Assembly: GCA_020250125.1 (NCBI GenBank)
Contig: JADCEL010000073.1
Coordinates: 1,369 to 65,368, forward strand
Reading direction: 5' to 3'
DNA length: 64,000 nucleotides
From: Rhodobacter sp.
GTDB taxonomy: Bacteria > Pseudomonadota > Alphaproteobacteria > Rhodobacterales > Rhodobacteraceae
A model generated the notes under the pieces. The model was not told where the DNA came from. It searched no databases and worked only from the letters and a program-made list of their open reading frames with translations. Shown piece by piece: positions 22,622-31,909 of this stretch. Numbering within the stretch: position 1 is the first letter of the stretch; each line of letters begins with the position of its first letter. The translations under genes were made by a program, and so were the position numbers.

Positions 22622-23032
22622 CTATTGCGGGTACTGCATCTGGCATTGCCGGATGGCGGGCGTCGCCTGCTGTGTCAGCAGGGCCTGCTGCGTGATCAGC
22701 CCGTCCAGTTTGCGGCGCTCCTGCGCGGGGTCGATGGCGCGGGGGCGCGTCGAGGTGCGGGTGTAATCATCAAGGCACATGCCACCCCCGTTGACCCAGG
22801 TGCGGCTGCCGTCCGGCAGGGGCACAAGCACCGGCTGATCGCAATAGACCCAGGTCGGTGTCTGGATGACAACCTCTTCCAGGCTGTAGCCACGGGCAAT
22901 GTTGGCCTGTGTTTCGGCAATCAGCCCGTTCACCACGGTCAAATCGCGTGTCACGGCGGCGATGCAACGCTCTTGCGGGGTTGCGCAGGACATCAGGGCC
23001 AGCGGCAGGCACAGCAGTGCAGGGCGGATCAT
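22622..23032 (-). CDS. putative Cys-containing lipoprotein
   Basis: MIRPALLCLPLALMSC lipobox; ATPQERCI, coiled segment, terminal C..QYP. Confidence 0.7.
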   Translation of the reverse strand: MIRPALLCLPLALMSCATPQERCIAAVTRDLTVVNGLIAETQANIARGYSLEEVVIQTPTWVYCDQPVLVPLPDGSRTWVNGGGMCLDDYTRTSTRPRAIDPAQERRKLDGLITQQALLTQQATPAIRQCQMQYPQ

Positions 23033-23120
23033 GGCATCGGACTCTTTCGGGCGTTTGTCCGAACCTAGCGCGCGGCTGCGCTCGGTGCTAGCAGAAGGCG
23101 GGACGTGAAGGAGGTTTCCG

Positions 23121-23996
23121 ATGCCCGATGTGTTCGATGACCGCAAGGCCCGTGCCGCAGGCTGGTTCCGGCAGTTGCGCGATCAGATCGTTGCCGCCTT
23201 TGAAGGGCTGGAGGATACCCAGCGTTCGGGGCCGACCGCGCATTTGCCGGCCGGCCGCTTCGAGGTCAGCGAAACCGCCCGCGCCGATGGCGGGGGCGGT
23301 TTGATGAGCGTGATGCGCGGTGGCCGGGTGTTCGAGAAGGTGGGCGTCAACGTCAGCGAAGTCTACGGCACCTTGGGCGAGCGGGCGCAAAAGGCAATGG
23401 CGGCGCGCGGCGTGCCCGGCATGGCGGACGATCCCCGCTTTTGGGCCAGCGGCATTTCCCTGGTCGCCCATATGCAGAACCCGCATGCCCCGGCAGTGCA
23501 TATGAACACGCGCATGTTCTGGACGCCGCATGCCTGGTGGTTCGGCGGCGGGTCTGATCTGAACCCCTGCCTGGAGGTGCCCGAGGATACGGCGCAGTTT
23601 CACGCCAAGCTGAAAGCGGCCTGTGACGCGCATTCGCTGGCCTATTACCCGAAGTTCAAGGCCTGGGCGGATGAATACTTCTTCGTGCCCCACCGGGGCC
23701 GCGCGCGCGGTGTGGGCGGCATCTTTTACGATGACCTGAACACCGGGGACTGGGAGGCGGATTTTGCCTTTACAAGGGCGGTGGGCCAGGCCTTTCTGCC
23801 CGCCTTCGTTCCGCTGGTCGAGCGCCGCCGCAATAAGGCCTGGACCGAGGCCGACCGGGAAGCCCAGCTTGTCCACCGCGGGCTTTATGCCGAATACAAC
23901 CTGGTCTACGACCGGGGCACGAAGTTCGGGCTTGAGACGGGCCATGACGCCAATGCGGTGCTGATGAGCCTGCCCCCGGTGGCGAAATGGACCTGA
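23121..23996 (+). CDS. hemF: oxygen-dependent coproporphyrinogen III oxidase
   Basis: FEKVGVN, HMNTR, WFGGGSDLNP, RGVGGIFYD, YAEYNLVYDRGTKFGL. Confidence 0.97.
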   Translation: MPDVFDDRKARAAGWFRQLRDQIVAAFEGLEDTQRSGPTAHLPAGRFEVSETARADGGGGLMSVMRGGRVFEKVGVNVSEVYGTLGERAQKAMAARGVPGMADDPRFWASGISLVAHMQNPHAPAVHMNTRMFWTPHAWWFGGGSDLNPCLEVPEDTAQFHAKLKAACDAHSLAYYPKFKAWADEYFFVPHRGRARGVGGIFYDDLNTGDWEADFAFTRAVGQAFLPAFVPLVERRRNKAWTEADREAQLVHRGLYAEYNLVYDRGTKFGLETGHDANAVLMSLPPVAKWT

Positions 23997-23999
23997 GAG

Positions 24000-24036
24000 C
24001 CTGATCGGTCGGGGTATCTGCGTCTGGCCGATCAGG
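24000..24036. terminator. hairpin between convergent hemF and gluconolactonase
   Basis: CCTGATCGGTCGG ... CTGGCCGATCAGG inverted repeat (G-U pairs allowed). Confidence 0.5.
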
Positions 24037-24925
24037 GCGTCTGTGCGCCCTGCCGGTTCAAGGCAATGGTATAAAGGCCGGTCGTTGCGGTGATGAACAG
24101 CTGATGCTTTGCCCGCCCGCCGAAGCAGATGTTGGATACCAGTTCCGGCACAAGGATCTTGCCCAGAAGCGTGCCGTCGGGGGCGATGCAATGCACGCCA
24201 TCGCCCGCCGATGACCACAGGTTGCCATCGGTGTCGGTGCGGATGCCGTCGGCGCAGCCGGGCGAAACCGTGTGAAACACCTCGCCCCCCGTCAGCCGCG
24301 CGCCATCGACCGTGAAGACGCGGATGTGCTGCGGATCGGGGTGGTACATCCGGCCTGTGTCGGCAACATACAGACGGGTTTCATCGGGCGAAAACGCCAG
24401 CCCGTTCGGACAGCGGAAATCGCTGAGCACAGCGTCGATCCGGCCCGAAGGATCGACCCGGTAGACCTGACAGGGCAGTTCCTGTTCCGCCTTGTGCCCT
24501 TCGTAATGGGTCATGATCCCGTAATGCGGATCAGTGAACCAGATCGACCCGTCCGATTTGACCACAACGTCGTTCGGCGAGTTGAGCGGCTTGCCGGCAA
24601 AGCGGTCGGCGATCACCGTGATCGAGCCGTCAGGCTCCGTCCGGGTCACCCGCCGCTTTCCATGTTCACAGGACACCAACCTGCCCTGACGGTCGCGCGT
24701 GTGCCCGTTGGCGTGATTCGAGGGGCTTCGGAATGTCGTCAGCCCCGCGCCGGGTGTCCAGCGCAGGATGCGGTCATTCGGGATGTCGGAAAACAGCAGG
24801 CAGTTGGCATCACCGAACCAGACCGGGCCTTCGGCCCAGTCAAAGCCGGTGGCAAGCTGCTTGACCGGGGCATTGAACATCACAAAGGCGCTGAAGCGCG
24901 GATCGATTGCCTCATAGAATGACAT
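24032..24925 (-). CDS. SMP-30/gluconolactonase family protein
   Basis: WAEGPVW, FSDIP, NSPND, PNGLAFSPDE, ADG; start ATG 24925 (MSFYEAID). Confidence 0.9.
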   Translation of the reverse strand: MSFYEAIDPRFSAFVMFNAPVKQLATGFDWAEGPVWFGDANCLLFSDIPNDRILRWTPGAGLTTFRSPSNHANGHTRDRQGRLVSCEHGKRRVTRTEPDGSITVIADRFAGKPLNSPNDVVVKSDGSIWFTDPHYGIMTHYEGHKAEQELPCQVYRVDPSGRIDAVLSDFRCPNGLAFSPDETRLYVADTGRMYHPDPQHIRVFTVDGARLTGGEVFHTVSPGCADGIRTDTDGNLWSSAGDGVHCIAPDGTLLGKILVPELVSNICFGGRAKHQLFITATTGLYTIALNRQGAQTP

Positions 24926-25051
24926 CTGTTCCCCTTTGCCTCGCCAAGGGCGATCCGGGCTTGCATCGCCCGGAACCCGCCGACAGCAATAATGAAGGCT
25001 TCCCCCGCGCGCGCAAGGGACAAGGTTCGGGCAGTCAGCGGTTTTGCAGGC

Positions 25052-25918
25052 CAGCCGGGGCCCAAAGCCCCCCGGCGGGCGCTTCACGCCCGCCGGGTCG
25101 GGCGCTGTCCTCTGTCCCTCCCGGACCTGCCGGTCTACAGGGCATTGTCCCGCGCGGGCGGGGGAAACGCGGGTCGCGTTTCCCCCGCCCGGAGGGGCGA
25201 AGGCACCATCGCCGCCTCAATGGCAGGGGCCATCGTCCTGCCACAGCGCTGCGCCGGGATCAGGAGCGGCCGGGGGCCAAAGCCCCCGGCCAGCGCCCGA
25301 CCCGCCCCCGGCGGGCGCTTCGCACCCGCCGGGTCGGGCGCTGGCCTCTGTGTCTCCCGGACCGCCCGATCTACAGGGGACCGTTCCGCGCGGGCGGGGG
25401 AAACGCGGTGCGTTTCCTGGTCCCGCCCGAAGGAGCGAGAGCACTTTCACCGCATCAATGGCAGGGGCTATCGCCCCTGCCACAGCGTCACGCCGGGATC
25501 AGGACGGGCCGGGGGCCAAAGCCCCCGGCCAGCGCCCGCCCCGCCACCGGCGGGCGCTTCGCCCCCGCCGGGTCGGGCGCTGGCCTCTGTCCCTCCCGGA
25601 CCGACCGGTCTACAGGGCACCGTCGCGCGCGGGCGGGGGAAACGCGGGTCGCGTTTCCTGTTCCCGCCCGGACGGGCGTTCTCGCGAATGCCCGGTCACT
25701 CTGGCAGGGGCCATCTCCCCTGCCCCAGCGCCACGCTGGCCCTTGCCCGGCCGGGGGCCAGAAGCCCCCCGCCCTCGGCGGGCGCTGGCCTCTGTCCTTC
25801 CCGGACCTGCCGGTCTGCAGGGCACCGTCCCCCGCCCAGAGGGGCAATTCCCTTCCCCGGATCGGCAAGACTGTTCCGACCGCCCCTGCGGGCGGAGTGC
25901 CGTTTCAGCACCCTGTCA
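25052..25918 (+). repeat. tandem array of about 3.5 composite palindromic units (~240 bp), ending in a TIR-like TTTCAGCACCCTGTCA
   Basis: hairpin GGCCGGGGGC-caaa-GCCCCCGGCC recurs at ~25054, 25268, 25507 and 25749 (periods ~214, 239, 242); the other hairpins recur in the same order. Confidence 0.9.
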
Positions 25919-27322
25919 ACTGTCATAGCGTGTGGCCCCGCGCCGTCTTTCGTCGATCGGGCGCGACAGGATGGCCGCATGGTGGGCGCGCTGGTCACAG
26001 TTGGCGCGCGGGCAGATCCGGCAGTTGATGCCGATGGGTGTCATCCGGGCACCTGACACCGTGAACTGTTCCGCATAACCGATATCGCCGGCATGTTCGA
26101 CAGCGCAGCCCATGGCCACGGCAAGCCGGTTGTCCTGGGCATGGCGCGCCGAAGTGGGCCTGTCAACGGTGCGGGAGATGACGAAGTATTGCGACGAATC
26201 CGGCATTTCGACGAACTGCGGGACGATCCGGCCCGGCGTGCGGAACGAGGTGTGGACATCAAGCCGCGGGCAGGCCCCGCCGTGTTCCGCCAGATGAAAG
26301 CCGGTGGAGTTGAAGCGTTTCGTCACGTTCCCCGCCTTGTCGATGCGCAGGAAGAAAAAGGGCACGCCCTGCGCCCCTTCGCGCTGCAAGGTCGTGGCCC
26401 GGTGGCAGGCCTGCTCGAAACTGACGCCGAAGCGGGTGGCAAGATGGTCGAAATCGTATTTCGACGCCCGCGCTTCTTTCAGGAAGGGGCCATAGGGCAT
26501 CAGCACGGCGGCGGCAAAGTAATTGGCCAGTTCGACGCGGCACCGGGCCAGCCCGCGCGTATCCGCAAGGCCGGAACGGGCAAGCAGGGTATCAAGCAGC
26601 GCGCGCTGTTCGATCAGACCGATGACATGGACCAGTTGGAAGACGCGGTTGGGGTAATCCAGCGCCTCGGACAGAAGGATATCGCGGCGGGCCTCGTCAT
26701 GGCGGCGCAGGGTGCTGGGCATGTCGGCCACGGACACCACGCGGACCGCAATTCCCAGACGCTCGCGCAGGCGGCGCTTGAGCAGGGAATAGACCTCGTC
26801 CGTTTCGATGGGGTCACTGCCCCAGAAGGCTTCGGCGGCATCCTCGAGCTCGCGGAAGTGATTGCGGTGCCGCCGGAAGTAGCTGTGTACCGCGGATTCG
26901 GGCGAACTGGCAAGGATGGGTTCCGCGCCGGCGGCAGCGCCTGACAGCGCCAGAAGCTGATCCGTCGCCGATTGATAGGCCCGATGCAGGGTCAGAAAGG
27001 CCGAAGCCAGGGTGGGGCTGTGTACAAGGGCGGCCCTGATCTGGGCAAGGTCGGGACGGCCCGCATCGAAGATCGGGTCCTGGATGATGGCCCGCAGGTC
27101 GGCAAGCTGGCTGGACCCGTCTTCATCCGCGATGTCGCGCCAGTCGATTCCGTAAACTTCGAACAGACGCAGCATCACCGGCACCGAGACGGACCGCTCG
27201 TTATTCTCAAGCAGGTTCACGTAAGAGGTGCTGATCCCAAGCGCGCGGGCCATGGCCCCCTGGGTTTCGCCCCGTTCGGTGCGAAGCCTGCGCAGGTGCG
27301 GGCCGATGAATGTCTTCTGCAT
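25916..27322 (-). CDS. XRE-family short-chain fatty acyl-CoA regulator (ScfR/RamB/PrpR/PccR family)
   Basis: N-terminal HTH (LGISTSYVNLLENNER), ELANYFAAAVLMPY, C-terminal CRICPRANCDQR Cys motif. Confidence 0.9.
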   Translation of the reverse strand: MQKTFIGPHLRRLRTERGETQGAMARALGISTSYVNLLENNERSVSVPVMLRLFEVYGIDWRDIADEDGSSQLADLRAIIQDPIFDAGRPDLAQIRAALVHSPTLASAFLTLHRAYQSATDQLLALSGAAAGAEPILASSPESAVHSYFRRHRNHFRELEDAAEAFWGSDPIETDEVYSLLKRRLRERLGIAVRVVSVADMPSTLRRHDEARRDILLSEALDYPNRVFQLVHVIGLIEQRALLDTLLARSGLADTRGLARCRVELANYFAAAVLMPYGPFLKEARASKYDFDHLATRFGVSFEQACHRATTLQREGAQGVPFFFLRIDKAGNVTKRFNSTGFHLAEHGGACPRLDVHTSFRTPGRIVPQFVEMPDSSQYFVISRTVDRPTSARHAQDNRLAVAMGCAVEHAGDIGYAEQFTVSGARMTPIGINCRICPRANCDQRAHHAAILSRPIDERRRGATRYDS

Positions 27323-27372
27323 GGGCTTACCCTGAACCCGGTCATGTTTATAATGTTACAGAAAGTGAAAGA

Positions 27373-27392
27373 TGTAAACTCTCGCGTTTACA
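27373..27392. promoter_or_regulatory. candidate operator for the ScfR-family regulator
   Basis: perfect TGTAAAC-N6-GTTTACA inverted repeat in the AT-rich divergent intergenic region. Confidence 0.55.
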
Positions 27393-27472
27393 GCAGGACC
27401 TGCATGGGTCTTGCGGGCAGCGCCGATGCTGGCATAGGGGGGTCGCAGCAGCGCAGGGTTTGGGAGGACAAC

Positions 27473-28675
27473 ATGCGGACCGGCACCAATCACCTTTTCA
27501 TTCCAGGCCCGACCAACGTGCCGGAAACAGTCCGGCAGGCCATGAACGTGCCGATGCAGGATATGCGCGCACCGGATTTCGGTGACCTGACACTTGGCCT
27601 TTTCACAGACCTGAAGCGCCTGTTCCGGACGGATTCGGGCCGGGTGATGATGTTTCCCGGTTCTGGCACCGCCGCCTGGGAAGCCGCGATGACAAATACG
27701 TTAAGCCCCGGTGACAGGGTGCTGATGTCCCGCTTCGGCCAGTTTTCGCATCTTTGGGTGGAAATGGCTGAACGGCTTGGCCTGAACGTGGTCTGTATCG
27801 ACGTGCCCTGGGGCGGCGGCGTGCCGGTCAGCGATTATGCGCGCATCCTTGAGGCCGATACCAGGGGCGAAATCAAGGCCGTCTTCGTAACGCATAACGA
27901 AACCGCGACGGGCGTGACATCCGATGTGGCGGCAGTGCGGCAGGTGATGGATGCGTGCCGCCACGACGCCCTGCTGTTCGTTGATGGCGTCAGTTCGATC
28001 GGCTCTGTCGATTTCCGGATGGATGACTGGCGTGTCGATCTGGCGGTGACGGGCAGCCAGAAAGGGCTGATGCTGCCTGCCGGGCTGGGCATTCTTGCCG
28101 TCAGCGGAAAGGCCCTTGAGGCAGCCGCGACGGCAACCTCGCGCCGCGCCTATTTCGAATTCAGGGACATGCTGACCCTGAACGAGACCGGGTACTTTCC
28201 CTACACCCCGCCGACGCAACTGTTCCACGGTCTGCGCAAGTCGCTGGACCGCATCTTTGCCGAAGGGCTGGACAATGTGATTGCCCGTCATCACCGGCTG
28301 GCCGAAGGGGTCCGGCGCGGGATTCATGCCTGGGGCCTTGATCTGTGCGCGGAACATCCCTTGCTGCACTCTGATACCGTCTCTGCGATCCGGGTGCCCG
28401 AAGGCGTTGATGCCCGCGATGTGATCAGGATCGGCTATGCGCGCTACAACGCCTCCTTCGGATCGGGTCTGGCACGGCTGGCGGGCAAGGTGTTCCGTAT
28501 CGGTCATCTGGGGGATCTGAACGAAGGGATGTGCCTGACGGCCCTGTCCATCGCTGAAATGGCGCTGGTCGAGGCCGGGGCCAGGATCGACTTCGGATCG
28601 GGCGTGGGCGCGGCGCAAAGCTGGTATGCGAAAGGCGCCGCTGCATCGGACCCGCTGCGCATGGCAGCAGAATAA
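27473..28675 (+). CDS. sgaA: serine--glyoxylate (class V) aminotransferase
   Basis: LFIPGPTNVP, HNETATGV, DGVSS, GSQKG (PLP Lys), FRIGHLGDLN; GGAGG before ATG 27473. Confidence 0.8.
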   Translation: MRTGTNHLFIPGPTNVPETVRQAMNVPMQDMRAPDFGDLTLGLFTDLKRLFRTDSGRVMMFPGSGTAAWEAAMTNTLSPGDRVLMSRFGQFSHLWVEMAERLGLNVVCIDVPWGGGVPVSDYARILEADTRGEIKAVFVTHNETATGVTSDVAAVRQVMDACRHDALLFVDGVSSIGSVDFRMDDWRVDLAVTGSQKGLMLPAGLGILAVSGKALEAAATATSRRAYFEFRDMLTLNETGYFPYTPPTQLFHGLRKSLDRIFAEGLDNVIARHHRLAEGVRRGIHAWGLDLCAEHPLLHSDTVSAIRVPEGVDARDVIRIGYARYNASFGSGLARLAGKVFRIGHLGDLNEGMCLTALSIAEMALVEAGARIDFGSGVGAAQSWYAKGAAASDPLRMAAE

Positions 28676-28692
28676 CCTGACAGGACAAGACC

Positions 28693-29634
28693 ATGAGCCA
28701 TACCCTTTTCCCGCTGCGCCGTCAGAGGTTGCAGCGGTCAGAACTTGCCGTGCCGGCCTCGAACCCGGCGATGATCGACAAGGCCGCCGATGGGCCTGCG
28801 GATTATGTCTTTCTTGACCTGGAAGATGCGGTTGCCCCGCCCGAAAAGGAACAGGCGCGCCGCAATGCCGTTCAGGCCCTGAACGACATCGACTGGGCCG
28901 CCAAAGGCAAGACTGTTTCCGTGCGCATCAATGGCCTTGATACGCATTACATGTACCGCGACGTGGTCGACATCATGGAACAGGCCGGCAACCGGGTTCA
29001 CACGCTACTGGTGCCGAAAGTGGGCGTTCGTGACGATCTTTACATGGTCGAGGCGATGGTCAACCAGATCGAGCAGGGCAAGGGATACAGTACCCGCGTC
29101 GGGCTGGAAGCGCTGATCGAGACGGCCCTGGGCATGGCGAATGTGGAAAGCATCGCGCAATTCGGCGGCCGGCTTGAGGCGCTGCATTTCGGTGTGGCGG
29201 ATTACGCGGCCTCGATGCGCGCCCGCACCACGAATATCGGCGGTCTGAACCCGCATTATCCGGGCGATCAGTGGCATGCCGCACTCAGCCGCATGACGAT
29301 CGCCTGCCGCGCCTACGGCTTGCGCGCCATTGACGGGCCGTTCGGCGATTTCAGCGACCCGGATGGCTACCGGGACGGCGCGCGGCGGGCAGCAGCCCTT
29401 GGTTGCGAAGGCAAGTGGGCGATCCACCCCAGCCAGGTCGCGCTGGCCAACGAGGTGTTCTCGCCGCCGGAGTCCGAGGTGACAAAGGCCCGGCGCATCA
29501 TCGAGGAATTGCGCAAGGCCGAAGCGCAGGGCAAGGGGGCGGCATCGCTGGACGGCAAGATGATCGATGCCGCATCCGAGAAGATGGCGAACAACGTTCT
29601 GGTACTGGCCGAGGCCATTGCCGCGCGCAGCTGA
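28693..29634 (+). CDS. mcl: malyl-CoA/beta-methylmalyl-CoA lyase (MclA type, CitE family)
   Basis: RSELAVP, FLDLEDAVAP, RINGLDTHYMYRDVVD, GKWAIHPSQ resemble Methylobacterium MclA (recalled). Confidence 0.85.
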   Translation: MSHTLFPLRRQRLQRSELAVPASNPAMIDKAADGPADYVFLDLEDAVAPPEKEQARRNAVQALNDIDWAAKGKTVSVRINGLDTHYMYRDVVDIMEQAGNRVHTLLVPKVGVRDDLYMVEAMVNQIEQGKGYSTRVGLEALIETALGMANVESIAQFGGRLEALHFGVADYAASMRARTTNIGGLNPHYPGDQWHAALSRMTIACRAYGLRAIDGPFGDFSDPDGYRDGARRAAALGCEGKWAIHPSQVALANEVFSPPESEVTKARRIIEELRKAEAQGKGAASLDGKMIDAASEKMANNVLVLAEAIAARS

Positions 29635-29638
29635 GGAT

Positions 29639-29659
29639 CGGATTTTCTGCGAAAATCCG
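29639..29659. other. intercistronic stem-loop between mcl and mtkA
   Basis: CGGATTTTC-tgc-GAAAATCCG perfect stem. Confidence 0.6.
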
Positions 29660-29685
29660 CGTCCCGACCGAAGGGGAGGTTCGGA

Positions 29686-30858
29686 ATGGACATTCACGAA
29701 TATCAGGCGAAAGAAATCCTTGCGCGCTTTGGCGTGCCGGTGCCGCGCGGCGGGCTGGCCTACAGCCCGGAACAGGCAGGGTATCGCGCCCGCGAGTTGG
29801 GCGGCAGCGCCTGGGTGGTGAAGGCGCAGATCCATTCCGGTGGCCGTGGTGCTGCCGGGGGCGTCAGGCTGTGCCGCAGCGAGGATGAGGTGCGCGAATT
29901 TGCATCAACCCTGTTCGGGCGCCAGCTGGTGACCAGGCAGACCGATGCCAACGGCAAGGGCGTGTACCGCGTCTGGGTCGAAGGCGCATCGGACATCGCG
30001 CAGGAGTTGTATCTGGGCTTCGTGCTGGATCGCACGTCCGAGCGGATCATGATCGTGGCATCCGCCCATGGCGGCATGGAGATTGAGGACCTTGCCGCAA
30101 CCGATCCCGCGTCGCTGAAGCGCATGACGATTGACCCCGCCGTGGGCCTTTCGGAGTTTCAGGCGCGCGAGCTGGCCTTTGCGCTGGGCCTGAAGGCGGG
30201 CCAGGTGGCGCAGATGGTGACGATCCTGCGTGCCTGCTACCGCGCATACCGTGATCTGGATGCAACCATGGTCGAGATCAACCCGCTGGTGATCACCGGC
30301 GCGGGCGACCTTGTGGCGCTGGATGCCAAGATGAGCTTTGACACCAACGCGCTGTTCCGCAGGCCGGAAATCCACGAGTTGCGCGACCGCAGCCAGGAAG
30401 ACCCGCGTGAATCGACGGCCGGCGACTATGGTCTGGCCTATGTCGGGCTGGATGGCGACATCGGCTGCATCATCAACGGTGCCGGACTGGCCATGGCCAC
30501 GATGGACATGATCAAGCTGGCCGGGGGCGAGCCTGCCAACTTTCTGGATATCGGCGGCGGGGCAAGCCCCGAGCGGGTGGTCAGGGCGTTCCGCACCGTT
30601 CTGGCAGACCGCAATGTCAGCGTGATTCTTGTGAACATCTTTGCCGGCATCAACCGCTGTGACTGGGTGGCCGAGGGGGTTGTGCAAGCCTACCGCGAGG
30701 TTGGCCTGACCCTTCCCGTGGTGGTGCGCCTGGCGGGCACCAATGTGGAAGAGGGCAAGCGGATTCTGGAAGGGTCCGGCCTGCCGCTGATCACGGCAGA
30801 CACGCTGGCAGAAGCGGCCGACAAGGCCGTTGCCGCCCGTGCGAAACTTGCGGCCTGA
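29686..30858 (+). CDS. mtkA: malate--CoA ligase (malate thiokinase) large subunit
   Basis: SucC fold but [15 protein letters not shown] (MtkA-type) rather than NIFGGIxRCD; adjacent to mcl. Confidence 0.85.
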   Translation: MDIHEYQAKEILARFGVPVPRGGLAYSPEQAGYRARELGGSAWVVKAQIHSGGRGAAGGVRLCRSEDEVREFASTLFGRQLVTRQTDANGKGVYRVWVEGASDIAQELYLGFVLDRTSERIMIVASAHGGMEIEDLAATDPASLKRMTIDPAVGLSEFQARELAFALGLKAGQVAQMVTILRACYRAYRDLDATMVEINPLVITGAGDLVALDAKMSFDTNALFRRPEIHELRDRSQEDPRESTAGDYGLAYVGLDGDIGCIINGAGLAMATMDMIKLAGGEPANFLDIGGGASPERVVRAFRTVLADRNVSVILVNIFAGINRCDWVAEGVVQAYREVGLTLPVVVRLAGTNVEEGKRILEGSGLPLITADTLAEAADKAVAARAKLAA

Positions 30859-30870
30859 GGAGGGGACAGC

Positions 30871-31767
30871 ATGGCAATTCTCATAACGGACCGGACCCCT
30901 GTCATCGTTCAGGGCATTTCCGGGCGGATCGGCCAGTTCCACGCGGCGGACATGATCCGCTACGGCACCAATGTTGTCGGCGGTGTCACGCCCGGCAAGG
31001 GCGGATCGCAGGTACTGGAGCGTCCCGTGTTCAACACCGTGCGGGAAGCGGTCGCGGCGACCGGTGCCGAAGCCAGCCTGGTCTTCGTGCCGCCGCCCTT
31101 TGCGGCCGATGCCATCATGGAAGCAGCCGATGCCGGAATCCGCACGGCGGTCTGCGTCACCGACGGCATTCCCAGCCAGGACATGATGAAGGTGAAGCGG
31201 TTTTTGCGCCGCTATCCGGAAGACCGCAAGATGCGGCTGGTCGGCCCGAATTGCGCCGGGGTTATCAGCCCGGGCCAGGGGTTTCTGGGGATCATGCCGC
31301 CGCATATCTACATGGCGGGCCGGGTTGGCATTGTGGGCCGGTCAGGCACGCTGGGCTACGAGGCGGCCAGCCAGATGAAGGCGCTGGGCATTGGCGTTTC
31401 GACCAGCGTCGGCATCGGGGGCGACCCGATCAACGGATCAAGCTTCAAGGATATTCTCGCGCTGTTTCAGGCTGATCCGGATACGGATGCGGTCATGATG
31501 ATCGGCGAAATTGGCGGCCCGCAGGAGGCCGAGGCGGCGGCATGGGTACAGGACCATATGACCAAACCCGTGGTGGCCTATATTGCCGGTCTGTCCGCGC
31601 CGAAAGGCCGCAAGATGGGACATGCCGGGGCCATCATTTCGGCCTTTGGGGAAAGTGCGCAGGAAAAGGTTGAAATCCTGAGCGCGGCGGGAATCACGGT
31701 GGCCCCGAACCCATCCGCGATGGGCGAGACGATGGCGCGGGTGCTGTCGCTGCGCGCAGCCGCCTGA
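30871..31767 (+). CDS. mtkB: malate--CoA ligase small subunit (SucD-like)
   Basis: GGVTPGKGG, GPNCAG, MGHAGAI phospho-His; follows mtkA. Confidence 0.85.
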   Translation: MAILITDRTPVIVQGISGRIGQFHAADMIRYGTNVVGGVTPGKGGSQVLERPVFNTVREAVAATGAEASLVFVPPPFAADAIMEAADAGIRTAVCVTDGIPSQDMMKVKRFLRRYPEDRKMRLVGPNCAGVISPGQGFLGIMPPHIYMAGRVGIVGRSGTLGYEAASQMKALGIGVSTSVGIGGDPINGSSFKDILALFQADPDTDAVMMIGEIGGPQEAEAAAWVQDHMTKPVVAYIAGLSAPKGRKMGHAGAIISAFGESAQEKVEILSAAGITVAPNPSAMGETMARVLSLRAAA

Positions 31768-31909
31768 GGCGCGCCTGTCTGCGCCTGCGGGGCAGGTCCG
31801 CAGCTCAGACAGGCGTTGCAGACCGGGGGGCGCAGCGTGCGCCGTGGAAGGCCGGGGTTAAGCCTGAACGGTCTACTGGGCATCAAGACCACAAGCCCCA
31901 GGAGATGCC

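Noticed and set aside
25052-25918. CRISPR array
   Set aside because: Units are ~240 bp and similar throughout, with no unique spacers between short identical repeats and no cas genes in the window.
24907-26056. Long Pro/Arg/Gly-rich ORFs (373, 354 and 294 aa) across the repeat array
   Set aside because: Several frames on both strands are open simply because the GC-rich repeat lacks stop codons; there is no RBS or protein-like composition.
27473-28675. bhcA of the beta-hydroxyaspartate cycle
   Set aside because: Same family, but bhcBCD and the IclR-type bhcR are absent and the neighbours are mcl-mtkAB; amino-donor specificity remains untested.
29686-31767. TCA-cycle sucCD
   Set aside because: MtkA-type motif and linkage to mcl/sga; none of the usual mdh/sucAB neighbours.
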